Notes: generated by a model not told the origin, from the letters alone. A stretch of 64,000 nucleotides of DNA from Candidatus Cloacimonadales bacterium (GCA_963665815.1 OY762463.1:1920001-1984000), one strand, 5' to 3'. Counted from the first letter of the stretch, positions 49,480 to 61,372 are shown. Program-made: numbers and translations.

Positions 49480-50892
49480 ATGTCTTCAGAAAGTATTAGA
49501 AAAAAACTTGAGTACACTAAAAATAATTTTTGGGAAATTTCAACAAAGAAAGAGCAAAAAGTAGCAATGAAATTCGCTGATTCATACAGAAGATTCCTTG
49601 ATGAAGGTAAAACTGTTCGCGAAGTCGTAAAGTTTATTAAGAAAGAGCTTGATGATAACGGATTTCACGATCTGAGTACAAACACTGAAACTGATAAAGT
49701 ATACACTATCTATAGAAACAAAGTTGTTGCTTTTGCAAAGATAGGTAAAAAACCAATCAAAGAAGGTGTTAACATCGTTGCTTCACATATTGATTCGCCA
49801 AGAGTTGATCTTAAACAAAATCCTCTGAGCGAAGATGCTACAACTAATCTGGCAATAATGAAAACACATTATTATGGTGGAATTAAGAAATATCAATGGA
49901 TGTCTACCCCACTTGCTTTACATGGTATTGTAATTAAGAATGATGGAACTCCTGTTAATATTTCCATTGGTGAAAAAGATAGCGAACCTGTATTTATCAT
50001 GCCTGATCTTCTCCCGCACCTTTCTTCAAAAGTTCAAGGTTCTAAAAAAATCGGAGAAGCAATTCCAGCCAGCTCAATGAAAGTTGTATTTTCATCTATA
50101 CCATATATTGAAAAAGACAAACAGGTTAAAGAAGCTGTTAAACTCCATGCATTGAACCTTCTCAGTGAAAAATACGGAATCAAAGAAGAAGATTTTCTCA
50201 GTGCAGAACTTGAACTGGTTCCAGCCGGTAAAAGCAGAAATTCAGGTATTGATGAAAGCATGGTATCCGGCTATGGTCAAGACGACAGGATTTGTTCTTA
50301 TACTGCTTTAAAGGCATTGTTCGATTGTGACATTCCTGAAAAAACAAGTATCGTAATTCTCTTTGATAAGGAAGAAATCGGAAGCGAAAGCAATACCGGA
50401 GCAAACTCAATTATAATGTATGATTTTGTTGCTGATCTTCTTAAGCATAATAATGAAGATTATGACAGCTATACATTAAGAAAAACACTTATAAATACAC
50501 AGATTCTCTCTGCTGATGTAAACGCTGCAATTAACCCTAATTTCCCATCTGTACATGAAAAAAGTAATGCCTGTAAACTCGGTTATGGAGTTGGTGTTAC
50601 AAAATTCACGGGAGTAAGAGGAAAAGGCGGATCAAATGATGCCAATTCTGAATTTGTTGCGAAAGTAATTGAAGTCTTCAATAAAGAAAAAGTTAACTGG
50701 CAGATGACTGCTCTCGGTAAAGTAGATGAAGGTGGCGGTGGTACTATTGCAAAATTCCTCGCAGAAAGCGGTGCTGAAGTACTTGATGTTGGTCCTGGAC
50801 TCCTTGGTATGCACTCTCTCTATGAACTTTGCAGTAAAGCTGACTTGTATTCAACCTATAAAGCTTATAAAGCATTTTTCGTACATGCTTAA
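49480..50892 (+). CDS. M18 family aminopeptidase
   Basis: SHIDSPR, HYYGGIKKYQW, QDDR, EEIGS, MHS. Confidence 0.92.
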   Translation: MSSESIRKKLEYTKNNFWEISTKKEQKVAMKFADSYRRFLDEGKTVREVVKFIKKELDDNGFHDLSTNTETDKVYTIYRNKVVAFAKIGKKPIKEGVNIVASHIDSPRVDLKQNPLSEDATTNLAIMKTHYYGGIKKYQWMSTPLALHGIVIKNDGTPVNISIGEKDSEPVFIMPDLLPHLSSKVQGSKKIGEAIPASSMKVVFSSIPYIEKDKQVKEAVKLHALNLLSEKYGIKEEDFLSAELELVPAGKSRNSGIDESMVSGYGQDDRICSYTALKALFDCDIPEKTSIVILFDKEEIGSESNTGANSIIMYDFVADLLKHNNEDYDSYTLRKTLINTQILSADVNAAINPNFPSVHEKSNACKLGYGVGVTKFTGVRGKGGSNDANSEFVAKVIEVFNKEKVNWQMTALGKVDEGGGGTIAKFLAESGAEVLDVGPGLLGMHSLYELCSKADLYSTYKAYKAFFVHA

Positions 50893-50903
50893 ATGAGGTT
50901 AAA

Positions 50904-51332
50904 ATGAAAAAAAATCTGATTATACTGATAATTCTTCTATGTGTGTGTGCTCTATCAGCTCAAAGCATCTCTTTATATAACAAAGCACGAAGCTACTATA
51001 AGAGCGAAAAATACGAGAAAGCAATATCAGTGTTCACAGATTTGATTTCAAAATATCCAAATGATAAATTAGTGCCCAATGCTCATTACTGGATTGGTGA
51101 ATGCTACTATGATCTCGATGATTATGCAAAAGCTGTAAAAGCTTTTCAAAATGTAGCGGATTTTCATTTTGATTCAGAAAAAGCACCTGATGCAGTATTG
51201 AAAATTGGGCTTTGTTATAAAAAACTGGGATTAAATGATCAAGCCCGTCTGGAACTGACCAGATTAAAGAAAACATTTCCCGACTATGAAAGAATGAAAC
51301 TTGTTAACAAGTTTCTTAAAGAACTGCAATGA
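50904..51332 (+). CDS. CpoB/YbgF-like periplasmic TPR protein
   Basis: Signal peptide, NAHYWIGE, KAPDAVLKIG. Confidence 0.8.
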   Translation: MKKNLIILIILLCVCALSAQSISLYNKARSYYKSEKYEKAISVFTDLISKYPNDKLVPNAHYWIGECYYDLDDYAKAVKAFQNVADFHFDSEKAPDAVLKIGLCYKKLGLNDQARLELTRLKKTFPDYERMKLVNKFLKELQ

Positions 51333-51811
51333 AGTATCTGTTAATACTTCTTTTCTTACCGGCATTATGTTTTTCCGTTACTCTTGATGAAGAAGATGTG
51401 CCGTCTTATATAATTGACAATTTTTCTCAAAATCTGAAACAACTTAAAAAAGTTTATATTTCTGTTGATTCTAATTACCAGAAAAAAGAAATTGAAACAT
51501 CTATAGAAGAATTCTGTTTGTTTAATAGTATTACAGTATATGATTCTTTGACTGAAGACAGTCAGAAAGTAGTTGTTTCATTATCAAAATCAGATGTTCT
51601 CGTAAAAAGCAGATCTTTTTTCGGCAGACCTTTGAAAAAGTATCACATTGCTTTAAAAGTAATTGAGAACAATCAGATTAGTGTTTCCAAAACAATTACA
51701 TTCAATATGGATATGTCCGATAATGAATACAGAGCTATAAAATGGTATGATCCCTTACTTGTAACAGCTGTGTTCAGCGGATTAATATATTTTTTCTATT
51801 ATGGGAGTTAA
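51329..51811 (+). CDS. Hypothetical exported protein with a C-terminal TM helix
   Basis: Signal peptide; coupled to both neighbours. Confidence 0.65.
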   Translation: MKYLLILLFLPALCFSVTLDEEDVPSYIIDNFSQNLKQLKKVYISVDSNYQKKEIETSIEEFCLFNSITVYDSLTEDSQKVVVSLSKSDVLVKSRSFFGRPLKKYHIALKVIENNQISVSKTITFNMDMSDNEYRAIKWYDPLLVTAVFSGLIYFFYYGS

Positions 51812-51812
51812 A

Positions 51813-52577
51813 ATGAAATTATTCACTGGAATAAACGGTTCAAGCCGTGTCCTGATTATTGTTTCCTTTATTGCAGCCACCATCCTTTTCACAGGCTGCT
51901 CATCTGTTAAGCTTGCTGAAATGCCTGTTGAAGAACGTTTCAATATCGCAAACGATTACTATGAAAACGAGAAGTACCGTAAAGCTATTGAGTATTACGA
52001 AACAATAGTATTTGACAGGAACTCCGTTTATACATCTGAAGCACAATTCAAGCTAGCATTATGCTACTTCAACAGAAAGAATTATATTGACGCACGTTTC
52101 AACTTTGAACAGCTTATCAAACAATTTCCCGAAAACAGCAAGGTTGCAGATGCTCATTTTTATATTGGCGAGTGCTATTTCTACGAATCTCCCAAATCAC
52201 ATTATACTCAGGAAGAAACACTACAGGCTATTGAAGCATTTGAAGTCTTTCTGGATAAATTCCCTGCTGATTTGAAAAGGGTTGAAGCTCTTAATTTCAT
52301 TAAGCTTTGCCAAAAAAAGCTTGCGGAAAAGAAATACTTTAATGGTTACCTTTATTATAGAATCAAAGACTACAGCTCTTCCCTTATGTATTTAAATGAA
52401 GTTATTGAAGCAGACTACAAAAATGAGTTTGACCTTAAAGCTCGATATTATTGCTCAAAAATCTGGCTTAACAGAAAACAACCTGAAAAAGCACAACCAT
52501 ATTATAAAACAATGCAGCTTAAGTATCCTGATTCAAGAGAAACCAGGAAACTGGCAAAGTACTTTAAAGAGAAATGA
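51813..52577 (+). CDS. bamD: Outer-membrane assembly lipoprotein BamD
   Basis: Lipobox LFTGC, TPRs, Q.ET..AI..F..F...FP, LAEK motif. Confidence 0.88.
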   Translation: MKLFTGINGSSRVLIIVSFIAATILFTGCSSVKLAEMPVEERFNIANDYYENEKYRKAIEYYETIVFDRNSVYTSEAQFKLALCYFNRKNYIDARFNFEQLIKQFPENSKVADAHFYIGECYFYESPKSHYTQEETLQAIEAFEVFLDKFPADLKRVEALNFIKLCQKKLAEKKYFNGYLYYRIKDYSSSLMYLNEVIEADYKNEFDLKARYYCSKIWLNRKQPEKAQPYYKTMQLKYPDSRETRKLAKYFKEK

Positions 52578-53161
52578 AACTGGGAATACTTGGCGGAACA
52601 TTTAATCCTGTACACAATGGTCATATATACATAGCTGAACAAGTTATAAATTATATGAGTCTGGATTTGCTTTATATGGTTCCATCAGGTAGTCCACCTC
52701 ATAAGTCACAGTGTCTGTCATATGAAGTAAGATGCGAATTACTCCGTAAATCAATAGAAAATTCCGGTAAAATCCGAATTTCCTATCTTGACAGTCCTGA
52801 TTTCGGAACAAGCTATACTTTGAATCTTCTGAAGAGATTCGAGGAAGAAAAACCATCTGCTGAAATTTTTTTCATTATTGGAGAAGATAATGTCTCTGAG
52901 CTTTACAGATGGTACAAAATTGATGAAATACTTAAGAAATACAAGTTTGTAGTTTTAACCAGAAATTACAAAGCTGAAAAAGAAGATCAAAGAAACTCAA
53001 TCACAGAAAAACTGAATTATGTAGATATTCCACCGTATGATGTATCTTCTTCTGAGATAAGAAACTTGCTGAGAAACAACAAATCGATAGAACATCTTGT
53101 TCCGAAAGCAGTAAACGATTATTATATAAACAAGTATGAACAAAAAGAAAACAAAACGTAA
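52574..53161 (+). CDS. nadD: Nicotinate-nucleotide adenylyltransferase
   Basis: GGTFNPVHNGH, PPHK, IIGED, SSSEIR. Confidence 0.95.
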   Translation: MKLGILGGTFNPVHNGHIYIAEQVINYMSLDLLYMVPSGSPPHKSQCLSYEVRCELLRKSIENSGKIRISYLDSPDFGTSYTLNLLKRFEEEKPSAEIFFIIGEDNVSELYRWYKIDEILKKYKFVVLTRNYKAEKEDQRNSITEKLNYVDIPPYDVSSSEIRNLLRNNKSIEHLVPKAVNDYYINKYEQKENKT

Positions 53162-54218
53162 ATTCAAGCGAAAAAACATCAAATTCAGGAACATTCAGAC
53201 TGAAGCAGTTAATGAACTCGATGGAGAACAAATAGAAAAATCTTCCAAGGCCCACAGGAAAATTCATAAAAAGGGTATTCATACCAGTAAAAGTAATGCT
53301 GTGCTCAAAGAAGGACTTGTCATTGAAGTTTTTTCGAACAACACTGCAAATGTTGAAATAGACGGTGAAATGAAAGCCTGCACAATAGGCGGTAGACTGA
53401 GACATATCAACTACCAGACCAAGAATGTCATTGCAATCGGTGATAGAGTCAAAGTTGATACAGTATTGGACGAAAACTCCAACCTGCTTAGAATTGAAGA
53501 AATAAAAGAAAGACAAAACTCTCTCTCACGTTTCTCTGATTCAGAATTCCAGCTTCAAACAGTTATAGCAGCAAATATTGATAATGTAATAATTACTGCA
53601 TCATGGAAAAATCCGGGAATAAACCTCGGACTCATTGACAGATACCTCTGTATTGCTGAACTATCAGATATTCACCCCATAATTTGCATCAACAAAATTG
53701 ACCTGTCTGAAAACCTGAAAGAAGTTTCAGATGCGATCAGCTTTTACATAGAAAATGATTATGATGTCATTTTGACTTCAGCACAGGATAATACAGGTAT
53801 TGATGAACTGAGAAAGCATCTGGCAGGAAAATCATCCGTGTTTTCCGGGCACTCAGGTGCAGGAAAATCAACTTTGATAAACGCATTACAACCCGGATTA
53901 AATCTCAGAACATCTGAAATCAGTGAGAACACAGGAAAAGGAGTTCACACAACAACTTCCAGCAGATTGATTCGCTGGGATTTCGGAGGTTTTCTTGTTG
54001 ACACTCCCGGTATAAAAACTCTTGGTTTGCATAAAGAAGATTTCTATGATATTCCCAAAGTATTCCCTGGAATGTGGAATTTGAAATCTAAGTGTAAATA
54101 TGCTGACTGTCGACATATTGATGAAACAGAATGTGGCGTGAAAAAAGCGGTTGAATCAGGGCTATTCCCTGAAGAACGTTACGAATCCTACCTGAGAATT
54201 ATGGAGTCTATTAAATGA
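53136..54218 (+). CDS. rsgA: Ribosome small subunit-dependent GTPase A
   Basis: NKID, GHSGAGKST, G.HTTT, DTPG, C..ADCRH.DE..C. Confidence 0.95.
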   Translation: MNKKKTKRKFKRKNIKFRNIQTEAVNELDGEQIEKSSKAHRKIHKKGIHTSKSNAVLKEGLVIEVFSNNTANVEIDGEMKACTIGGRLRHINYQTKNVIAIGDRVKVDTVLDENSNLLRIEEIKERQNSLSRFSDSEFQLQTVIAANIDNVIITASWKNPGINLGLIDRYLCIAELSDIHPIICINKIDLSENLKEVSDAISFYIENDYDVILTSAQDNTGIDELRKHLAGKSSVFSGHSGAGKSTLINALQPGLNLRTSEISENTGKGVHTTTSSRLIRWDFGGFLVDTPGIKTLGLHKEDFYDIPKVFPGMWNLKSKCKYADCRHIDETECGVKKAVESGLFPEERYESYLRIMESIK

Positions 54219-55075
54219 ATATTGGAGTTATAATAAATCCCAGACACCTCAACAATGTTGAAATATATTCTAAACTTAATGAAGTGAATTGTAATTGTGG
54301 ATCAGATTTTTCGGATATTAATTATTATGTGTTTGCTGACCAGCTGATTAATGATCCCGAATTATTCAAACTTGTCAAACCGGATACAAAACTTGATGTT
54401 ATTCTTGTTTTTGGTGGTGATGGAACAATGCTTCACTCTGTCCCTTACTCAATGAAATATAATACTCCTTTACTCGGAGTTAATCTCGGGCATCTGGGTT
54501 TTCTTACAGACTGTTCTCTTGAAGAACTGGATAAGTCCATTAGGCATATCTGCCAGAACAAGTACACAGTTCAGGAAAGAATGCTGATAAAAGTTTCTGT
54601 TAAGAGAGATAAGAAAACAGTATTCAAAGGTGTTGCCCTTAACGATGCGGTTATATATAAAGGAGTTGTTCCAAAACTGATAGATTTACGCCTTTTCTGC
54701 GATCGCCGTTATGTTCTTAAAACAAGGTGCGATGGAATAATAGTAGCGACTCCAACAGGTTCTACAGCATATTCTTTGTCTTCAGGCGGTCCTATTCTGT
54801 CTCCTGTAATGGATGCAATTGTTGTTTCTCCATTAAATCCTCATGTATTAACAGTAAGACCGATGGTCTTTGATGCAAAGGACAACCTGAGTTTTGAGTT
54901 AAAAGACATCACAGGAGAAGTATTGCTTCAGCTTGATGGCGTAAACCTGTTCAGGCTCATGGAACATGATGAAGTCAATGTAACAGCGGACACAAAAAAA
55001 GTATCATTTATCAAATTGAGTAATAAAACATTTTATCAGGTTCTTAGAAACAAGCTTCACATGGGTAGAAGATAA
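54215..55075 (+). CDS. nadK: NAD+ kinase
   Basis: GGDGT, NLGHLGFL, TPTGSTAY.LS.GGP. Confidence 0.95.
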   Translation: MNIGVIINPRHLNNVEIYSKLNEVNCNCGSDFSDINYYVFADQLINDPELFKLVKPDTKLDVILVFGGDGTMLHSVPYSMKYNTPLLGVNLGHLGFLTDCSLEELDKSIRHICQNKYTVQERMLIKVSVKRDKKTVFKGVALNDAVIYKGVVPKLIDLRLFCDRRYVLKTRCDGIIVATPTGSTAYSLSSGGPILSPVMDAIVVSPLNPHVLTVRPMVFDAKDNLSFELKDITGEVLLQLDGVNLFRLMEHDEVNVTADTKKVSFIKLSNKTFYQVLRNKLHMGRR

Positions 55076-55086
55076 TAGAGGACATT

Positions 55087-56772
55087 ATGCTGAAATATCT
55101 TAAAATCAAGAATTTCATTATTGCAGAAGAAATTAACCTGCAATTAAGTAAAGGGCTTCACATTGTGACGGGAGAAACCGGTGCCGGAAAATCCGTACTC
55201 ATAGGAGCGTTGAATTGTTTGATGGGTGCTCCGGTCAAGAGTGGAATGATAATGAATCCGGACATACCAACTGTTATTGAAGGTTCATTTGTAGTAAACA
55301 CTGACAACAAAAAACTTCGAGCGCTTATAGAAACTCATGACATAGATGAAGACTCAGATGAGATATTCATAACAAAAGAAATTACTTCTAAAACCACAAA
55401 AGTTTTCCTGAATGGGAGAAGAGTCACCAACTCTATTATCAAGGAATTCAGAACTGAATTACTTGATTTCAACAGCCAGAGAGATCAGCTGCTCTTGTTT
55501 GATAATAAAGAACAAAGGTATTTCCTTGATAAATTTGCAGGAATAGATAAACAACTTGAAGAATACCGAGAGCTATATTATTCGATAAAAAATAAGGTCC
55601 GAGAATTGAATGATATCAAAGCACAAGTAAAGAAAGAACAGGATCTGCTTGATCTGTATTCATTCCAGAAAGAAGAGATTGATAATGCAAACTTAGTTCC
55701 TGATGAAGACGTAGAGCTGAATAAGGAGTATAATTTCCTCAGTAATTCCGAAGAAATACTCAATATGTCAACTCAATACGAACAGGAATTGATTGAAACG
55801 GATAACTCAGTAATTGATAAAATTAATTATCAGCTATCAGAACTGGAAAAGTATCAGGATGATAACGAGAAAATAAAAAGTGCGGCTGAGTTTCTCCGAG
55901 AAGCCATAGAAAACATCAATGACAGTGTTTCTGAAATGAGAGATATTAATTCAATTATTGATCTTGATCAATCCAGATTGTCTGATGTAGAATCCAGACT
56001 GGATTTTCTGAATTTGTTACAGAGTAAGTATAGAAAATCCAATAATGAGATTATTGAATATGGGAAAAAGATCTCAAATGATATAGCAGCAATGCAATTT
56101 TCCGAAAACAAGATCTCTGAAATTGAGGAAGAACTTAAAAAACTTATGAGTACAATCAGGAAGAAAGCTGCTGTTCTGACAAAACTGAGAAAAGATGCGG
56201 CAGCAAGATTCGAAAAGCAGGTAATTATCTATCTCAATCAACTTGCATTCAAGAATGTTCGATTTACCGTTGATTTTGAGTCAGAAAAAACCAATGAGCT
56301 ATATACAGGTTTTTATTCAACTAAAGATGGTGTAGACAATGTTGAGTTCAGATTTGCATCAGGACCGGGGCTTCAGCTTCAAAAAATAAAGGATGCGGCA
56401 TCCGGAGGTGAGCTTTCCAGAATAATGCTTACGATAAAGAGAATGCTGTCTGCCAATGAACATGCAAAGACAATTGTGTTTGATGAGATAGATAGTGGTA
56501 TAGGCGGAAATACAGCTAATATACTTGCAGAGTTTTTAAGAGAAATAAGTCTTAATCACCAGATTGTATGTATTACTCATTTACCTCAGGTGGCAAGTCA
56601 GGGGGACAGGCATTTCCTGATATCCAAGGAATCAGGCAATAAAAAAACGTCTATTCATGTTAAAGAACTGGACAAAAATCTTAAAAGAGAAGAAATTGCT
56701 CGTATGTTGGCAGGTTCAGCGTCAGATTTAGCATTGCTTCATGCTGATGAGCTGATCAGTAATAAAAGTTAG
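55087..56772 (+). CDS. recN: DNA repair protein RecN
   Basis: TGETGAGKS, ASGGELSR, FDEIDSGIGG, ITHLPQVA. Confidence 0.96.
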   Translation: MLKYLKIKNFIIAEEINLQLSKGLHIVTGETGAGKSVLIGALNCLMGAPVKSGMIMNPDIPTVIEGSFVVNTDNKKLRALIETHDIDEDSDEIFITKEITSKTTKVFLNGRRVTNSIIKEFRTELLDFNSQRDQLLLFDNKEQRYFLDKFAGIDKQLEEYRELYYSIKNKVRELNDIKAQVKKEQDLLDLYSFQKEEIDNANLVPDEDVELNKEYNFLSNSEEILNMSTQYEQELIETDNSVIDKINYQLSELEKYQDDNEKIKSAAEFLREAIENINDSVSEMRDINSIIDLDQSRLSDVESRLDFLNLLQSKYRKSNNEIIEYGKKISNDIAAMQFSENKISEIEEELKKLMSTIRKKAAVLTKLRKDAAARFEKQVIIYLNQLAFKNVRFTVDFESEKTNELYTGFYSTKDGVDNVEFRFASGPGLQLQKIKDAASGGELSRIMLTIKRMLSANEHAKTIVFDEIDSGIGGNTANILAEFLREISLNHQIVCITHLPQVASQGDRHFLISKESGNKKTSIHVKELDKNLKREEIARMLAGSASDLALLHADELISNKS

Positions 56773-56783
56773 AGAGGAGAAAT

Positions 56784-57704
56784 ATGATCAGTCTTCGTAA
56801 GAGATACAAAACTCTTTTAGTTATCGGAATTATCTTTATATCAATATACAGTGGAATGAGAAAATCCAGTGTATTAGATTTTTTTAGTAGTAAAACAGAA
56901 GTAAGAAACGACTTTAAAGAAGCAACCAAAGAATTTAATATTAGAGAAAACTTTAAGAAAGTGCAACTGGATTACCTTGTAGAAGATATCACTAAATTTT
57001 ATAATCAAGTAGATGACATTCTCATTAAAAACGGCATTAAATTCGGTATTGATAATGCCTTTCATAAGAAAAATTTTGGTACAAGTGCATCTGTGCTTCT
57101 CGAAATACCTGATTCAGTTGCCACCAGCATTTTTTCAAGTCTGAAAAAAATATCAGGATTCAAAACTGATAACATTCAAAATATTAATCGCGAAATTGAT
57201 ATTGATATTGAAGCAGGAATCAAGAATGCCGAATTTCTTATCGAAAATTATAAGAAAAGTATTGATAGCGAAAAATCTACTCAAAGTCAGATAGAAAAAA
57301 ATGTTATAAGCTTAAAAAGAGAACAGGCTATTCTGGATAGTCTTAAGAATATTGAAAAAATCAATAGAGAACACAAAGAAAAGAATCTCGTTTTCTTCAG
57401 AGTTTTCCTGGATGAATCAAAAGGAAATTCTATCCAGACTGTTAAGAAGTTCCTTCTTCACTTCCTTACAACATTCTTAGCACTCACAGCTTTATTGTTC
57501 TTCGCATACTTTGCATTATCAATATTATTACGTCTTATGAGCTACTTTGGAATCAGAAACGCAAGATCATCCGGAAGATATTCCAGCTACTACAAAAAGA
57601 GTGGAAAATACGGATATGGTTCTTATGGTGGATACAACAGAAGACGTAAAATAAAAAGAGTATACAAAGATCCTGAAAACAGTAAATCTGATGAGGAAAA
57701 ATAA
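56784..57704 (+). CDS. Membrane protein (DUF4349-like layout) with a Tyr/Gly/Arg-rich tail
   Basis: N-terminal TM, coiled coil, C-terminal TM, low-complexity tail. Confidence 0.5.
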   Translation: MISLRKRYKTLLVIGIIFISIYSGMRKSSVLDFFSSKTEVRNDFKEATKEFNIRENFKKVQLDYLVEDITKFYNQVDDILIKNGIKFGIDNAFHKKNFGTSASVLLEIPDSVATSIFSSLKKISGFKTDNIQNINREIDIDIEAGIKNAEFLIENYKKSIDSEKSTQSQIEKNVISLKREQAILDSLKNIEKINREHKEKNLVFFRVFLDESKGNSIQTVKKFLLHFLTTFLALTALLFFAYFALSILLRLMSYFGIRNARSSGRYSSYYKKSGKYGYGSYGGYNRRRKIKRVYKDPENSKSDEEK

Positions 57705-57713
57705 CATCAAGTA

Positions 57714-57938
57714 ATGCTCTGGATATACTCAGGATTAATTTTAATTTTCTTAGAAATTTTTGTTGTCGGTTACTGGTTGCTCGGTATGGGAATATCAGCA
57801 CTTTTAACCGGCTTTTTTTCTTTTTATACAGGAAATCTGTTATATCAGATTATTTTCTTTGCTGTTACATCAGTTATATTTATATTTACTTTAAAGAAAT
57901 TCGGAAAACGCTTTTTCCGTCACATATCAAAAAAGTAA
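57714..57938 (+). CDS. Small membrane protein resembling the NfeD/YbbJ N-terminal part
   Basis: W...GLIL..LEIF...YWLL..GISA...QIIFFA pattern. Confidence 0.6.
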   Translation: MLWIYSGLILIFLEIFVVGYWLLGMGISALLTGFFSFYTGNLLYQIIFFAVTSVIFIFTLKKFGKRFFRHISKK

Positions 57939-57949
57939 CTTAACTTTAA

Positions 57950-59263
<1,314 letters not shown>

Positions 59264-59270
59264 CAATGTT

Positions 59271-59298
59271 TGAGAGGAGTTCGCTCCTCTCACTTTTT
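59271..59298 (+). terminator. eno terminator
   Basis: TGAGAGGAG-TTCG-CTCCTCTCA followed by CTTTTT. Confidence 0.9.
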
Positions 59299-59303
59299 AA
59301 ATT

Positions 59304-60761
59304 ATGAAGTGGTTTTTTAAAGCAATTCAACCTGTTGAAGTATTCCCGGATTTTACCAGACTGGCACACAGAGTAATAATTTACTTTTCTGATCTGGATG
59401 TTTCTTCATATATAATCCATGCAGATGAAGATTTCATTTATCTCAGTGAGTTTGAGCCTAAATTCCTGAATTACGAAAAAGGACTGTTTGAAAAAATCAA
59501 AATAGAAATAGTCTGGATTGATCAACTGAAACTATTCAGATACAAATGTATTGTAACGTTCAGAGATGCTACTGTCTTCAATGAAACAGCAGTATATAGA
59601 TATTCAGTTACTAAAATTGTTTCCCACTCCGAAGACTTATTTAACATCCATCCTGTTAAAACTGATATTTTCGATCTTCACTTCCAGACAGATGTTAAAA
59701 ACTACTTTATTCATACTGACTATATCAATTTGGAAAGAATAATCTTTAATGCAAATCCAATGCTTCTCGAGAAATATACTAATTCAGAAATATATAACAT
59801 CTATCTGACATTACCATTCAGTAAACATAGAATTTCCGGTATATTAAAACATATTCGGGGAAATGTATTCTGCTTTGAAGAATACCTTCTTGATGAGGAT
59901 TTATTCATTGAACTTGTCAAATATTCTGAAGAATGCTTTATAAATGATTTTCATGTGAAAGCTCCGGTAATTGATGCTTCTCAGAATAAAAAAAGAAAGT
60001 TCCAGAAGAAATCAATTATTATTGCAGACGATAAAGAAATCAATATTGATGTGATAAGTAATATTGTTAAAGATAATTACGACTTCGACATAAGAACGTG
60101 TTTCAGTGTTTCGGAAATTTTCCAACAAATACAGCAATCAGTTCCTGAACTTATAATTCTCGATTTTGATATGCCCGGTTTCACCGGAACAGAACTATAC
60201 CAGAAGATAATTGCTAATTCTGACAATTGTGAGATTCCCATTATTTTCACGATATCGCACCTTGAACAAAAGCAGGTTATCTTAAATGAAATATCTGAAA
60301 ATTCACTGATCATTAAAAAACCTGTTGGTAATAAAGAACTGTCAATGCTGATTAACAACGCATTGAGGAGAAGAAAGCTCTATTGCAGAATAATGGCAAA
60401 TCCTGTTGCGGTATGTTCTAACGATTCTTATTTCCGCAATGAAGCTGAACAGGCTGCTAATGAACTCAATAAAGACGTTATTGTGTTTGATTCAGCACAG
60501 AACCTTCTTTTGAACTCTGTAAAAAATCAGTTCTCCCTTATAATTCTGAAAAATGTCTCAGGGAATTCACTCTCAGAGCTGAATATTCTGATTTCCGGAA
60601 ATAGAATAGCAGGTGCTTCAAAGATAATTGTATTAGCAGTTGACAAGAAAGAAGTTAAGTTGCTGAATGCCTTGAATTCAGATTCTGTGAAGATTCTGGA
60701 TGCATCTGTCAGTATACGGGAGTTACTGACAAATTCAGGAAGACTACTGGAGATATTATGA
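59304..60761 (+). CDS. Response regulator-domain protein (unknown N-terminal region, REC, degenerate REC)
   Basis: IIIADD...LIILDFDMPGFTG...KP. Confidence 0.75.
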   Translation: MKWFFKAIQPVEVFPDFTRLAHRVIIYFSDLDVSSYIIHADEDFIYLSEFEPKFLNYEKGLFEKIKIEIVWIDQLKLFRYKCIVTFRDATVFNETAVYRYSVTKIVSHSEDLFNIHPVKTDIFDLHFQTDVKNYFIHTDYINLERIIFNANPMLLEKYTNSEIYNIYLTLPFSKHRISGILKHIRGNVFCFEEYLLDEDLFIELVKYSEECFINDFHVKAPVIDASQNKKRKFQKKSIIIADDKEINIDVISNIVKDNYDFDIRTCFSVSEIFQQIQQSVPELIILDFDMPGFTGTELYQKIIANSDNCEIPIIFTISHLEQKQVILNEISENSLIIKKPVGNKELSMLINNALRRRKLYCRIMANPVAVCSNDSYFRNEAEQAANELNKDVIVFDSAQNLLLNSVKNQFSLIILKNVSGNSLSELNILISGNRIAGASKIIVLAVDKKEVKLLNALNSDSVKILDASVSIRELLTNSGRLLEIL

Positions 60762-61369
60762 GAAATATTCTGATTCTGCTCGTTTTAAGCACAATTTTGC
60801 TTACTGCCTGCGAAAGCGAAGGCAGACTTCGTATAAATAATTTTACAGATAATAAAGTATATTTTACATTCAACAACAAATCATATATACTCGCTGATTC
60901 AACTTATCGAATTGTAACTAAGAAGATTAATAAAAGCTGGAACCCATTTGCCAATAACGAAAAGACATCTATACTGACCCTCTTTGGAGAGACTTTTATT
61001 TACGAAAAAGAGGGCATTGAGTATGAAGATATTGAAGTGACACTTAAACCGGATAAAACATTGAACCTGTATTGTACTGCAAACAGGGCATGTGTTGAAA
61101 TTCAAAACCTCACTGATTCCCCAATTACAGACTTTCATTACCAACGATTTATTGACGATGAATTTGATGAGGAATCGGAAAATTTCTTTGCAGACACAGC
61201 TCTTGAACCCAACGAATACATGTTCTACAGGCTTAAGCTCTCAGATGACACTGGTGATACCAGGAAATTCTCTTACGTCTTTTCAGCTGCCGATTCCCTT
61301 GGAAATACTACTATTTCATCGAGAATCTTAATGGATGAGGATAAGAAATTCTATTTTATCGTTGAATAA
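60758..61369 (+). CDS. Hypothetical lipoprotein
   Basis: Lipobox LLTAC; ATGA overlap; GGAG SD. Confidence 0.7.
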   Translation: MRNILILLVLSTILLTACESEGRLRINNFTDNKVYFTFNNKSYILADSTYRIVTKKINKSWNPFANNEKTSILTLFGETFIYEKEGIEYEDIEVTLKPDKTLNLYCTANRACVEIQNLTDSPITDFHYQRFIDDEFDEESENFFADTALEPNEYMFYRLKLSDDTGDTRKFSYVFSAADSLGNTTISSRILMDEDKKFYFIVE

Positions 61370-61372
61370 TAC

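Noticed and set aside
53001-53516. 171-aa minus-strand ORF and similar long antisense ORFs (18336, 24666, 28715, 36115)
   Set aside because: Fully antisense to well-supported genes, with no recognisable motifs
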